Position numbers and translations under genes: made by a program | The notes under the pieces: generated by a model | The model's input: only the letters and a program-made list of their open reading frames with translations | Database searches by the model: none | What the model was told of the DNA's origin: nothing | Shown here: positions 36,002-46,100 of the stretch, piece after piece | Numbering within the stretch: the first letter of the stretch is position 1 | Layout of the letters: the number at the start of each line of letters is the position of its first letter | DNA from: a virus | Lineage: Duplodnaviria; Caudoviricetes | Reading direction: 5' to 3' (one strand) | Virus record (IMG/VR): IMGVR_UViG_3300025663_000002 | Span: 1 to 64,000 of that record | DNA: 64,000 nucleotides

Positions 36002-39000
36002 ATGTCACATTATACAAACTCATCGTTTACATTAGACGAATTATTAAAAATCGACCAACAGAAGGAAGACTTTTTAGATTCTTTGACCATTAAACTTTCA
36101 GACCCAGCATTGGGAATTAAAGACTTAGCATTGATGCTGAAATCTTTGGAGATTATGGATAATATGGAGCATTTAAACGCTTACCGTCAATTCATTATCA
36201 ACCTTGCTAATAAGTCTGCTGACTTTACCACTCCTAACGAACTAGTAAACAACGGTGACATTTCTATTGAATATATTACAAGCAATATTGTACAAAACCC
36301 TAATTTTGATTCTGACGCATTAGAAGTTGAAATCGCCAAATCTTCAAACTTCGAAGTAGGAACTGACATTGCAATGCCTTGGGCAAACGGAACTACGTAT
36401 AAATTCGATACATTAATTGCAGAAGGAACTAATATTATCTCAGGAATTTCTGACGGTAATGGCGCGACAGCAGTTTGGTTTAATTCTACACTAAAACCTA
36501 ATACACAATACAAATTATCATATGATTTAGTTATTAATGATGTTGGTTGGGACTTACCTAACGGTGCTAAGAACATGGTGGACGTTCTTTCTGAAGATGA
36601 AATGGTATTCTCGGAAAGTGGTGGTGGACCAGACCCAATAACATATGTTGTATCTGTAGTTGAAGATGCAAATATGATATTACCTACTTGTGATGGAGTC
36701 ATTGTACCATTCGACACCTCAATCCCGGATTATAACAACGCGTTTCCTGCTATGGAACTCGCTTGTACTGGTTCTGGTGGAGTTTGGGTAGAAGGTAACA
36801 TTAACGACCCACTTACACAAAATCACGACATTATTCCATACAACGTAGTTGCTCGTGAAGGTGATACATTAATCTTTACAAACCCTTCGACAAACTACTT
36901 ATTACACAATGCAGTATCCGACGACAACATCTCATTTACTTCTCCTGATATGCCGCCTGGATCTAATTGGTCTTGGGTTGTTGACGGATACCATGATATT
37001 TACTTCCATTGTACTTTCCATCCATTAGAAGAAGGAAGGTTACTTACTAAAACTGACCATAGATACGTTTACAATATCGACCACGGGTTGAATAAAGGTG
37101 ATACAGTTAGAATGCCTATCAACTATGGTACTATGGAAGAACTACCTTCTTTATCAAATTCATACTTCATTAGTTTGCAAATGGACAACCCATGTACCTC
37201 AATTGGTGGTGTTGGTAGTCAAACGAACATAGAATCGTTATACCACAACTTATCTATTGGTGACGTTGTTTCATTCCAATCTGGACCAGAAAACGTCACA
37301 GATACATCAAGTTCGGTTGATGTAACATTTTCGGGAGGAAACGCCACACTTGAGGCACAGGCGTCGGTTGTTATTCAAAATGGTATTGTAACATCAATTG
37401 CGTTAGAAGATAACGGAACTTGTTCAAACACAATATACTCAGACGAAGCAACTTGTGTTGCCAACTCAGAAACTTGGACACCACAATTAGCGGTAGGTGC
37501 TGGATATGAATCTGCTCCATTATTATTTATCGCCGGTGGTGGCGGTTCTGGAGCTACTGCAATAGCAACATACGACGGTCGTGTAGTTTCTACTATCAAT
37601 ATAAACTACGGTGGTGGTGGTTATACATCACAACCTACTGTACAATTTACAGGTGGTGACCCAACTACTCCTGCAACAGCAACTGCCAATTATGACGCAG
37701 CCACTGGGCAAATTAACAGCATTACTATTACGGACTCTGGTGTTGGATACCAAACAACCCCAACCATTACTATTGTTGGTGGTAATCCAACCACAGCAGC
37801 TCTGTTTGAATGTTCTATATCTGGTTCTATATCTGCGGTTACATTAACAGCAGGTGGTTCTGGTTATGGTTCAGACGGTTCGGTGATTTTTGGAGAAAAG
37901 GCATGGGAAACGTTTGAAATTTCTGCTGTTGTAAAAGGACAAGAACAAGTTGACATTTTCCTAGACGACGTGAACCAAATGGGACATATTCATACAGTCA
38001 CTATGACTACTGCACAGTTTGATAATGTTAAGTTAGGAAATAACGAAGTTATAGCAACGAACGCAGATAATACAGGACACTCTCACGATTGTACATTTAC
38101 TTGGGACTTAACTCTAAACGGAGGACTTGGCGGAATTTGGTTAGTCGGAATGACTGGCAACCACACGCACGGATTAGATGTATATAACGAAGTATCTGGT
38201 GGTACTAAAATTGAATTAGTAAACTTCGGTCATTATCATGAAATTCTGATCACCGAAGCAGAAGAAGCAACACTAAAGGCAGGTTTGCTAATTGTGACTG
38301 GTGATAACCCAGACGGAACTACTGCGCATGACGGAACTGGTGTTGTTATGACTAAAACGTCAGACTTTGGTACTTCAGATCCTCAGCATTTCCATACAGT
38401 TGAATTTGGTTGCGTTGATGCAGTAAATGATGTTTACGCAATTACTGTAATTGATCAACACATCCATGACTTTGGTCGTGTTTGGTATCCTGGATCGTTT
38501 AGTTTCTCAATATCACAATGGAACGACGGTTCTTCTAGTGCTGGAAGTAACCCAGCCTTTATTGAACTGCCTTTTGCGGATATTCCTGGTTATGTTAAGA
38601 AAGAAAAGGGTATATATTCTATAAATCACGGGTTGGTTCAAGGTCAACGAATACATTTCCAGAACATTTTTAATGGAATTCATCATGGTAATACAAACTA
38701 TTGGGTAGAATCTGTAATAGACGCAGATAATGTTTCTGTTACAGAAACAATTATTTATCCTCTTGCAGGTGCTCCAGGAACTACTCCTACTATTCATAAT
38801 GTTATTGAAGAGTACACGGTTGTTGCAGACTTAGCATCGTACAGATTCCAAGTTGAAAGAGATATTACAAACCACATTGGTTCTGCTTACGTAGAAGGTG
38901 TGCAGATTGAATGGTCTAGACCTAACACAATTGAATCAAACTTACACGGATTAGTTGTTGGTGATGTTGTACAGTTGCCTTCTGGTCCTCAACCTTACAC

Positions 39001-42000
39001 TCCATCAGAACTTCCTGGTGCTATGCGTGACCATACAGTTATTGCTATTGGTGATGGTTATGGTCCTACTGAACATATGGAAATTATTGTTGATACGCAA
39101 ACTACTATTACGTTTGCTGATCCAAACCTTTCTGTTGTTGAAGGTGCTCAGAACTCTCCGTGGTATTGGTCTTGGTGGGACAGAACCGCTGCATCATATG
39201 CTCCGTATCAAAGAGATGAAGCAGTTTACCAAAGTTTTGGTGACGTAACACTATACGACAGTATTACTGGTGAAAAGGCTGGTTTTGAATTATTCCGTGG
39301 TGGTACATACAAATTTACAAATAATGCATGGAACCCTTCTGGACATATTACACAGATTGACCCTTCAACGGGCAATTTAGTTCCTATGTACATGCACGCT
39401 GCTGGTATTAAAGCAATTCCAGGTGCAGGTTGGGACAACCTAGTACAAGCAGGTATGACACATAGTGCATGCCAAGATGGTGTATCAGGCCTCGACCATT
39501 ATCATTGTGTATCAATGAGAGCGAACCACGGTCTAACTATCGTTTCTGGTGACCATAACCCGTTTGTTAATACTACCGAAGAGCCTGGCACGTGGGTTGG
39601 TCCCGAACCTTTCCCAGTTTGTATGGGACTTGGTGGTTGGTGTGAAGAACTAGACGTTGACGGTTGGTACTATAATGGTATTGACGATGAGTCTGTGTGT
39701 TCTGCACTTAACCCAACGGGCGATGTTGGTTTGGCACAATGGAGAGGTCCACAATTTATTGGTAACTTCTCTAAAGAATTTACATGGACAGTTCCTGAAG
39801 ACTTTGGTCTTACTGGTGCTGACGGTGTTACTGGACTTGGTCCGTTTGTTGCTCCAGGTGAGTTAAACTTAGCATACCACGTTGAATCATACCAAGGACT
39901 ATATAAATTTGATAAGTCTGGTATGATTGAAGGAACAAACCCTATTATTAACATATACCGTGGTGGAGTTTACAGATTTAGACTTAATGCTCCTGGTCAC
40001 CCTTTCTACATCACAACCGACAACGGATCTAACTTTACTCCTGGTTCATACTTCGGTGAGTACACTAACGGTGTTGTTGGTTCTCGAGCTGTTACTGGTT
40101 ACGGACCAAACGAAGGTGTTACTGGTCAATTTGGTGACGACGACGTTGAAGTATTAGAATTTACAGTTCCTATGGACGCACCCGATACGTTATATTATCA
40201 ATGTGAGTTCCATTCATCTATGATTGGTACGTTAAATGTTATAGATTTACCTATTGTTGATGCAGGTGATGAAATTGTAGTTTACTACCATCACGGACAA
40301 GATAACATGTGGACTCCATTATGGATTAAGGACAAGATTGTTGTAGACAACGGTTCTGGTCCAAACTTCTTCCAAGTACAACCTATTCCTGAGAATTCGT
40401 TCCCAGTGAAGGGAACTCAGGCGGATGTTACTGGATTAGGTAACTTGATTACTGGTTATGGTGCAGGAGCAATCCCTAAAGCACAGGCAATGGATATTGA
40501 ATTCGGTTCACTTTCATACTTAGACCCAGTCGCCTTGACCGCCGGAATTGGTCAAGAGACATTCTTAACCACAACTGGACTTGTTGGTACTAGTAAATTC
40601 TATATCTCATTAGATGATACAGAACGTTCTAATATTGAAATGACTAATGTGTTGTTACAAGAAGCACCTTGGTCGGAAAATGGTTCTTTCGAAATTAGTG
40701 CAGGTCAGGCATTTACTACTGACGCGGTTGTTGGTGGTAATATTGAACAAATCGTAACAGGTTCTGTCATTGACGGTGACCAATATGAAGTTGGTTATGA
40801 AATCATTGAAGGTTTTGTTGATCAATTTGGTGGTAATTCTGGTACTGTTCAACTGTCGTTAATTGGTGACACTACGGTTACTGGTAACTTTAACACAGAC
40901 GCAGGAATGTACTCTGAAACGTTAATTGCTCCAGTTAATACTACACATATGAAACTTACTGCAAGTGGTGCTGGTAAAGTAGATAACGTTTCACTGAAGC
41001 AACGTGTATCAGGACAAAATGCTTGGTATCTTGGTGATGGTTGGACTGTTAATACTGATGGTCAAGCGTATTGCGACGGTTCTGTTCAAGGACGTACTGA
41101 AATCAATCAGACTGTTAATATCCAAGAAGGTAAATTGTATGAAGTTAAATATACTTTAGCAAATACTGACCCAGAAGGTGATGGTTCTCAAGGACGTTTA
41201 CAATTAGCATTGGGTACTAACCCATACAACTTAATTTCTAATTGGAATTTTGATGCTAGTGGTATTAACATCAATTGGAATTCACCAGGAAGTGCATACA
41301 CAATAGATAGTGCAAATGCTAGGTTGAATTTTGAAAACTCAAATGCCGACGGAATTACTTACACTTTCACTGATAACTTAAATAACATAGTTGATTATGA
41401 AATTACTATGGAAGTGTTATCAGTAACAGGTACGGTTCATAATTTCCAAGTTGGACCTGGACCTCAGGCAAACCATTATCATACTATCGATTTGCAACAG
41501 TCGCAGTATGACTTTATGATTGCCAACGAAGGTTCTTCTCTTACATTGCAACAGTCTGATACTACTCACGCTGCTTATTATACGCATACGTTCTCTCTTG
41601 CGTTTGATAGCACAGTAGAAACTTGTACTATGCAATTGGGTTACTCGCAAGATAATATGTGTTTCCTTAATGACGGTACTCCAGATCCATCAAATACGAC
41701 ATCTACGGATTGTTTATCTGCTGGAAATACTTGGATTCCAACACAACCTAACTACGACTATTCTTGTTCGTTTGTTGATTTTGATAACCTACAAAACGGT
41801 ATTACTAATCAATTAACAATGACAGAATTGACGCAAGACGGTGGTGCCGGATTACCTGCTTCTGATGTTCATAATATTGTTCTTGGATTTGCTAATGGAG
41901 TTCTAACGGTAATATCAGACGAAAATGATATTGCATATGACGAAATTACATTACTTACAGCAGATTCTGGTATTATTATTACTTCTCAGACGTTCTTAGA

Positions 42001-43009
42001 AGGTCATGATGAGATTATCAAAACTGGTATTACAACTACTAATTCAGATATGACAGTTTCATTAGGTCAGGGTGCTAATATGGTAACTGGACCTATGGTT
42101 GATTCTGTAGGTTTACATAACTTCGTTCTTTCTGGTGCCATTGGTAATACAATTACTATTAACACTAACGGTTCTGGTATCATTGGTTCTATTAAGATGA
42201 AAGAAGTTCAAGTTCCTGTACTAGACCATCATTCTACTGGTGTTGTAAATGAAGGTGAAAAGACATACTTCATTCGTGCTGGTGGTTATGATACTAAGTT
42301 ACACTTTATTGGTGATGTGGACAAACGTCCAGTAGAAACAGATATTCCTTTCTACTACAGCAGAGGTTTCAAAGGTTCTATCGATACAGTTACAGTTAAA
42401 GAAGTTAATGAAAATTGGACTTTTGCTTCTGAAGAAGGTGGTAGTTCTTACATCGATAATGACAACGGTGTAATTGTTACTAATGGTACTGATGAAGCAC
42501 ATAGAGGTATTGCTCATATTTCGTTTGACGTAGTTGAAGGAGATAATTATAAATTATTCTTATCTGTTGATAGACCTACTAGTTCTGTAATTAAGGTTGG
42601 ACCTGCACCTGACAATAACCAATATGGTGAAATGTTAATTGCTGATTCATCTAATGATTCTAACCCTACCGCTCATAGAGATATGGTGTTTACTGCTGGT
42701 GCAACTGGAGTGTGTTACTTAACTCTTGCGACTACTGGTAACGGTTTTACTTACTGGGATCAAGTTTCAGTTAGAACTATTCCTAACCTTTCTTCTGACG
42801 AATACCTATTGTTAGGTCGTGCGTTGAATGTGTTTGGTATGCCGATCGGTAGTGAGTCTAGATGGAAGCAACATAATACAGATTCAGAAAACCTTGACTT
42901 TAATGGTCGTGTGGTTGCTGGATTTAGAACTTTAGAAAGTTTTGGAGAGAATGTTATTGAAACGTATTACGATGATGTTGATGAGGTTATTGATAATACA
43001 CCAGTTTGA
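36002..43009 (+). CDS. Giant fibre/appendage protein with cupredoxin domains, His-rich modules, GxGY repeats and CBM-like domains
   Basis: 2335 aa; HNAV...FHCTFHP; GHPFYI...YYQCEFHSSMIGTL; repeated ITxxGxGY units; NPNFD/NWNFD CBM-like starts. Confidence 0.8.
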   Translation: MSHYTNSSFTLDELLKIDQQKEDFLDSLTIKLSDPALGIKDLALMLKSLEIMDNMEHLNAYRQFIINLANKSADFTTPNELVNNGDISIEYITSNIVQNPNFDSDALEVEIAKSSNFEVGTDIAMPWANGTTYKFDTLIAEGTNIISGISDGNGATAVWFNSTLKPNTQYKLSYDLVINDVGWDLPNGAKNMVDVLSEDEMVFSESGGGPDPITYVVSVVEDANMILPTCDGVIVPFDTSIPDYNNAFPAMELACTGSGGVWVEGNINDPLTQNHDIIPYNVVAREGDTLIFTNPSTNYLLHNAVSDDNISFTSPDMPPGSNWSWVVDGYHDIYFHCTFHPLEEGRLLTKTDHRYVYNIDHGLNKGDTVRMPINYGTMEELPSLSNSYFISLQMDNPCTSIGGVGSQTNIESLYHNLSIGDVVSFQSGPENVTDTSSSVDVTFSGGNATLEAQASVVIQNGIVTSIALEDNGTCSNTIYSDEATCVANSETWTPQLAVGAGYESAPLLFIAGGGGSGATAIATYDGRVVSTININYGGGGYTSQPTVQFTGGDPTTPATATANYDAATGQINSITITDSGVGYQTTPTITIVGGNPTTAALFECSISGSISAVTLTAGGSGYGSDGSVIFGEKAWETFEISAVVKGQEQVDIFLDDVNQMGHIHTVTMTTAQFDNVKLGNNEVIATNADNTGHSHDCTFTWDLTLNGGLGGIWLVGMTGNHTHGLDVYNEVSGGTKIELVNFGHYHEILITEAEEATLKAGLLIVTGDNPDGTTAHDGTGVVMTKTSDFGTSDPQHFHTVEFGCVDAVNDVYAITVIDQHIHDFGRVWYPGSFSFSISQWNDGSSSAGSNPAFIELPFADIPGYVKKEKGIYSINHGLVQGQRIHFQNIFNGIHHGNTNYWVESVIDADNVSVTETIIYPLAGAPGTTPTIHNVIEEYTVVADLASYRFQVERDITNHIGSAYVEGVQIEWSRPNTIESNLHGLVVGDVVQLPSGPQPYTPSELPGAMRDHTVIAIGDGYGPTEHMEIIVDTQTTITFADPNLSVVEGAQNSPWYWSWWDRTAASYAPYQRDEAVYQSFGDVTLYDSITGEKAGFELFRGGTYKFTNNAWNPSGHITQIDPSTGNLVPMYMHAAGIKAIPGAGWDNLVQAGMTHSACQDGVSGLDHYHCVSMRANHGLTIVSGDHNPFVNTTEEPGTWVGPEPFPVCMGLGGWCEELDVDGWYYNGIDDESVCSALNPTGDVGLAQWRGPQFIGNFSKEFTWTVPEDFGLTGADGVTGLGPFVAPGELNLAYHVESYQGLYKFDKSGMIEGTNPIINIYRGGVYRFRLNAPGHPFYITTDNGSNFTPGSYFGEYTNGVVGSRAVTGYGPNEGVTGQFGDDDVEVLEFTVPMDAPDTLYYQCEFHSSMIGTLNVIDLPIVDAGDEIVVYYHHGQDNMWTPLWIKDKIVVDNGSGPNFFQVQPIPENSFPVKGTQADVTGLGNLITGYGAGAIPKAQAMDIEFGSLSYLDPVALTAGIGQETFLTTTGLVGTSKFYISLDDTERSNIEMTNVLLQEAPWSENGSFEISAGQAFTTDAVVGGNIEQIVTGSVIDGDQYEVGYEIIEGFVDQFGGNSGTVQLSLIGDTTVTGNFNTDAGMYSETLIAPVNTTHMKLTASGAGKVDNVSLKQRVSGQNAWYLGDGWTVNTDGQAYCDGSVQGRTEINQTVNIQEGKLYEVKYTLANTDPEGDGSQGRLQLALGTNPYNLISNWNFDASGININWNSPGSAYTIDSANARLNFENSNADGITYTFTDNLNNIVDYEITMEVLSVTGTVHNFQVGPGPQANHYHTIDLQQSQYDFMIANEGSSLTLQQSDTTHAAYYTHTFSLAFDSTVETCTMQLGYSQDNMCFLNDGTPDPSNTTSTDCLSAGNTWIPTQPNYDYSCSFVDFDNLQNGITNQLTMTELTQDGGAGLPASDVHNIVLGFANGVLTVISDENDIAYDEITLLTADSGIIITSQTFLEGHDEIIKTGITTTNSDMTVSLGQGANMVTGPMVDSVGLHNFVLSGAIGNTITINTNGSGIIGSIKMKEVQVPVLDHHSTGVVNEGEKTYFIRAGGYDTKLHFIGDVDKRPVETDIPFYYSRGFKGSIDTVTVKEVNENWTFASEEGGSSYIDNDNGVIVTNGTDEAHRGIAHISFDVVEGDNYKLFLSVDRPTSSVIKVGPAPDNNQYGEMLIADSSNDSNPTAHRDMVFTAGATGVCYLTLATTGNGFTYWDQVSVRTIPNLSSDEYLLLGRALNVFGMPIGSESRWKQHNTDSENLDFNGRVVAGFRTLESFGENVIETYYDDVDEVIDNTPV

Positions 43010-43030
43010 TAAGGTACAGAAAATAAAAAG

Positions 43031-43054
43031 ACAACTCTATATTAATAGAGTTGT
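43031..43054. terminator. Perfect hairpin (possible terminator or regulatory site)
   Basis: ACAACTCTAT-ATTA-ATAGAGTTGT, 10-bp stem, weak U-tract. Confidence 0.5.
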
Positions 43055-43064
43055 GTAAAAGTTT

Positions 43065-43078
43065 TATAAATATAAATA
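43065..43078 (+). promoter_or_regulatory. Overlapping tandem late promoters TATAAATATAAATA
   Basis: Motifs at 43065-43072 and 43071-43078. Confidence 0.75.
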
Positions 43079-43119
43079 ATACAATAAGTGTTATACAAAA
43101 TTAATTAGGAGATAGATAA

Positions 43120-46100
43120 ATGTCTATTACATTGGATACAATTACCCATGCGGTCAACTCGTTTAACGACATTCCAGACGTTACGTTCAACTCTATTGAC
43201 ATTGGCGAGTTTGCTAACGACGTAGAAATTTATACTAATACCCCTGCGGTAATGATTCCTTCTAAATTGAATGCTATGGCAGGTTCAATGAAGACTTGGT
43301 TGAATACCAATATTGCAGCACCATTAGAAGCACAACAAAATACCTTTAAAACGGAAGTAGTTGTACGTACTAATGAGGCAATGACTGCTGTTGAAACTTA
43401 TATCAATAACGAAGTAAAATCTTTTGTTAATGATATTTTTGTTCCGTGGGCAAACAACTCTGGTGTATTACTTGCTGATAATGCTAATACATTAGAAGGA
43501 AACGTTACTACTACATTAGGTCAATTAACAACAGACTATACTATCCACGTAGCAGCCCAAGACGCTATTATCGCTCAAGCACTTCAAAGTTTTGAAGATA
43601 ACCTTGCTCAATACACTGGTGATTCTGGTGCTGGTTACTCTATTCATCAAACAAATCAGTTAATTGCTGACCAAACGATGACCAAAGATATTTCTTTAGA
43701 TAACTATAAGTTTGACGAAAACGGAAATGTTACATATTTCAGAGAAGGTGATTTTGAAACTCATCATATCGTATATAACGCAGAAGAACAAATTATTTCT
43801 TACGGCGAAACTTTATCTATTTCTGGTGAAGCAAGACCTTTTGTAAATCATCAAATCCTAGGGTATGATGAAAGTGGACTTAAAACTTCGATTGAGCAAG
43901 TTAAATCATACAACTTCTTCATCAACACAGACGCATCTAATATCAAATCTTTTCGTGCTACGGGTAATGAGAAAAACGGTGATGCAGCTTTGGACTTAAC
44001 TATCCTTAATAACACTTCTGTTGCAGACACGGACAACCCCTCAATTTTATTAACAAGAGGCACGCCGGTTATTATGACATTCGAAGGAATTATTGCTGGA
44101 GATTTTGTTTCTATAGAAGACGGTTCTGGTAACGTTTATGATGATGGTGTTAGTGGACAATATGCCATGGATTCTGACACTATTACATTCAAACCATATA
44201 AGTCGTACTGTCATGACGGTGTTTCTGGTGCTACGGGTTGGGGTGTTGTTTCAAACATGGGTGCTTCTGAAATTGATGGTGATAATTCAGGCGCTTTCCA
44301 AGACCCAGACTTATGTGAAAAATACTTCACACCAAATGTTTCTATTTTGGACGACTTTACACGTGAATATGAGTTTGTAACTGCAGGGGAAACTTATGAC
44401 AGTGCACTTTCTGATGGTTTAATTTATAAAGTATTCATCTCCGACGACTCAGGTTTCTCTGATACATATTCATACACAATTGACCACAACAGTAAGTTAG
44501 GTACTGGTGCTATTGTGAACGCAGTATATGACGACGGTTGTTCTGATATCACAATTACAAATGGTGGTAACGGTTTCTCAAACGGAACTATTGCTCGTAT
44601 ATTTGATCAAGATTCAGTTGCCACTCCGGCAGTATGTGCTATCACTACTGGTGATGGTTCTATTGGTTCGGTCAATATCATAAATGGTGGTGCAGGGTAC
44701 AACGGTTTCTGGAGAATTAATTTACCTGATATCGGAGGATTAGGTGCTCATACACACATTATTGAAGTTTCTCAAGCAGAAGTGAATCAAATTAAAGCAG
44801 GTTCACCTATTACAAAAACAACACTAGACGCAGGGCATACTCATGATGTTACAATGTCATGGAACTCATTTGTAGAAGAATTTAATTTTGATGTATATGA
44901 TGTTGTTGCGGGCCATGAACATGGACCGATCTCTTCTTCTAATGAAATTAACCCTGATATTCAATTACAGTTTATCGGTGATGGCACAAACGCCGCTGGT
45001 TATATTGTATTAGACGAGTCAGGAACGGTTGTTGATGTTATTATTACTAATTCTGGTATTGGATACACTAATATAACGGTTCAAACTTTAGGTGGTGCAG
45101 CCACAACGGATGCTACATTAAGTGGAAACTTAGTAAATGGTGCGGTTGTTTCTATTAACGTAAATACTCCAGGAGCAGGTTATACTGACTCTACTGCGGC
45201 AACAATCAATGTAGGAATTACATCAAGTTTATTTAACCCTTCTGAATTTACAGCTAAAGTGGGTGATACAATCCACTTCACTAATAATGATGCTGCAGCT
45301 CATACAGTAGAAAACGTTGAAGGTGCCTTTGCTTCTCCTTCGTTACCACAATCTGCTACTTGGGATTATGTTATTACTAAAGACACAGATATTACTGATA
45401 TTTACAACCTAACGGGTTCTGGTATCGCACAAGACGGTAGAATGTATGTACGTGAAAATACTACATTCATTGATATCGTTTCAAATACTGGTGGTGGTTT
45501 ACGTGCTAAAGGTACTATTAACGCTGCAGGCACATTGACTAACGTTGCTATTATAGAAAAAGGTTTTGGTTATACAAATGCAGATTCGGTAAGAGTTATT
45601 GACGTATCAGGTACTGGTGAAGGTGCTTACGCTACTGCAAATATAGACCGTAAAGTGATTGATATTACTATTGATAATGGTGGTGCTGGTTATGATGCAA
45701 ATACTAGAATTCTTGTAGTTGACCCTTCAGGTAGAGACGTAAATGGAACTAAAGTATTTGGTTCTGGTGCTGTTATAACCCCTACTATTGACGCAAGTGG
45801 TACTATTACTGCTATTACGGTTAATAATCAAGGTTCTGGATACACAGACGTAGACTTCATTGTTCATGATGCTTCTGGGTTGGGTGCTGGTTTAGTATTA
45901 ACTCCAAGTGTAGATTCATATGTAGAAAGTATTACTATGACCGCTCGTGGTGCTGGTTACACAAACCCTATTTGTATTGTTTCTGATTCAGTAGGAACAT
46001 ATGGTAATGGAAATGATGCAGGTAATTCTACTCAAAATAACGTTGCTGGTAACTTATTCACATCTACTGCTATCCTTAACGACGGAATCGGTTCGATTGT

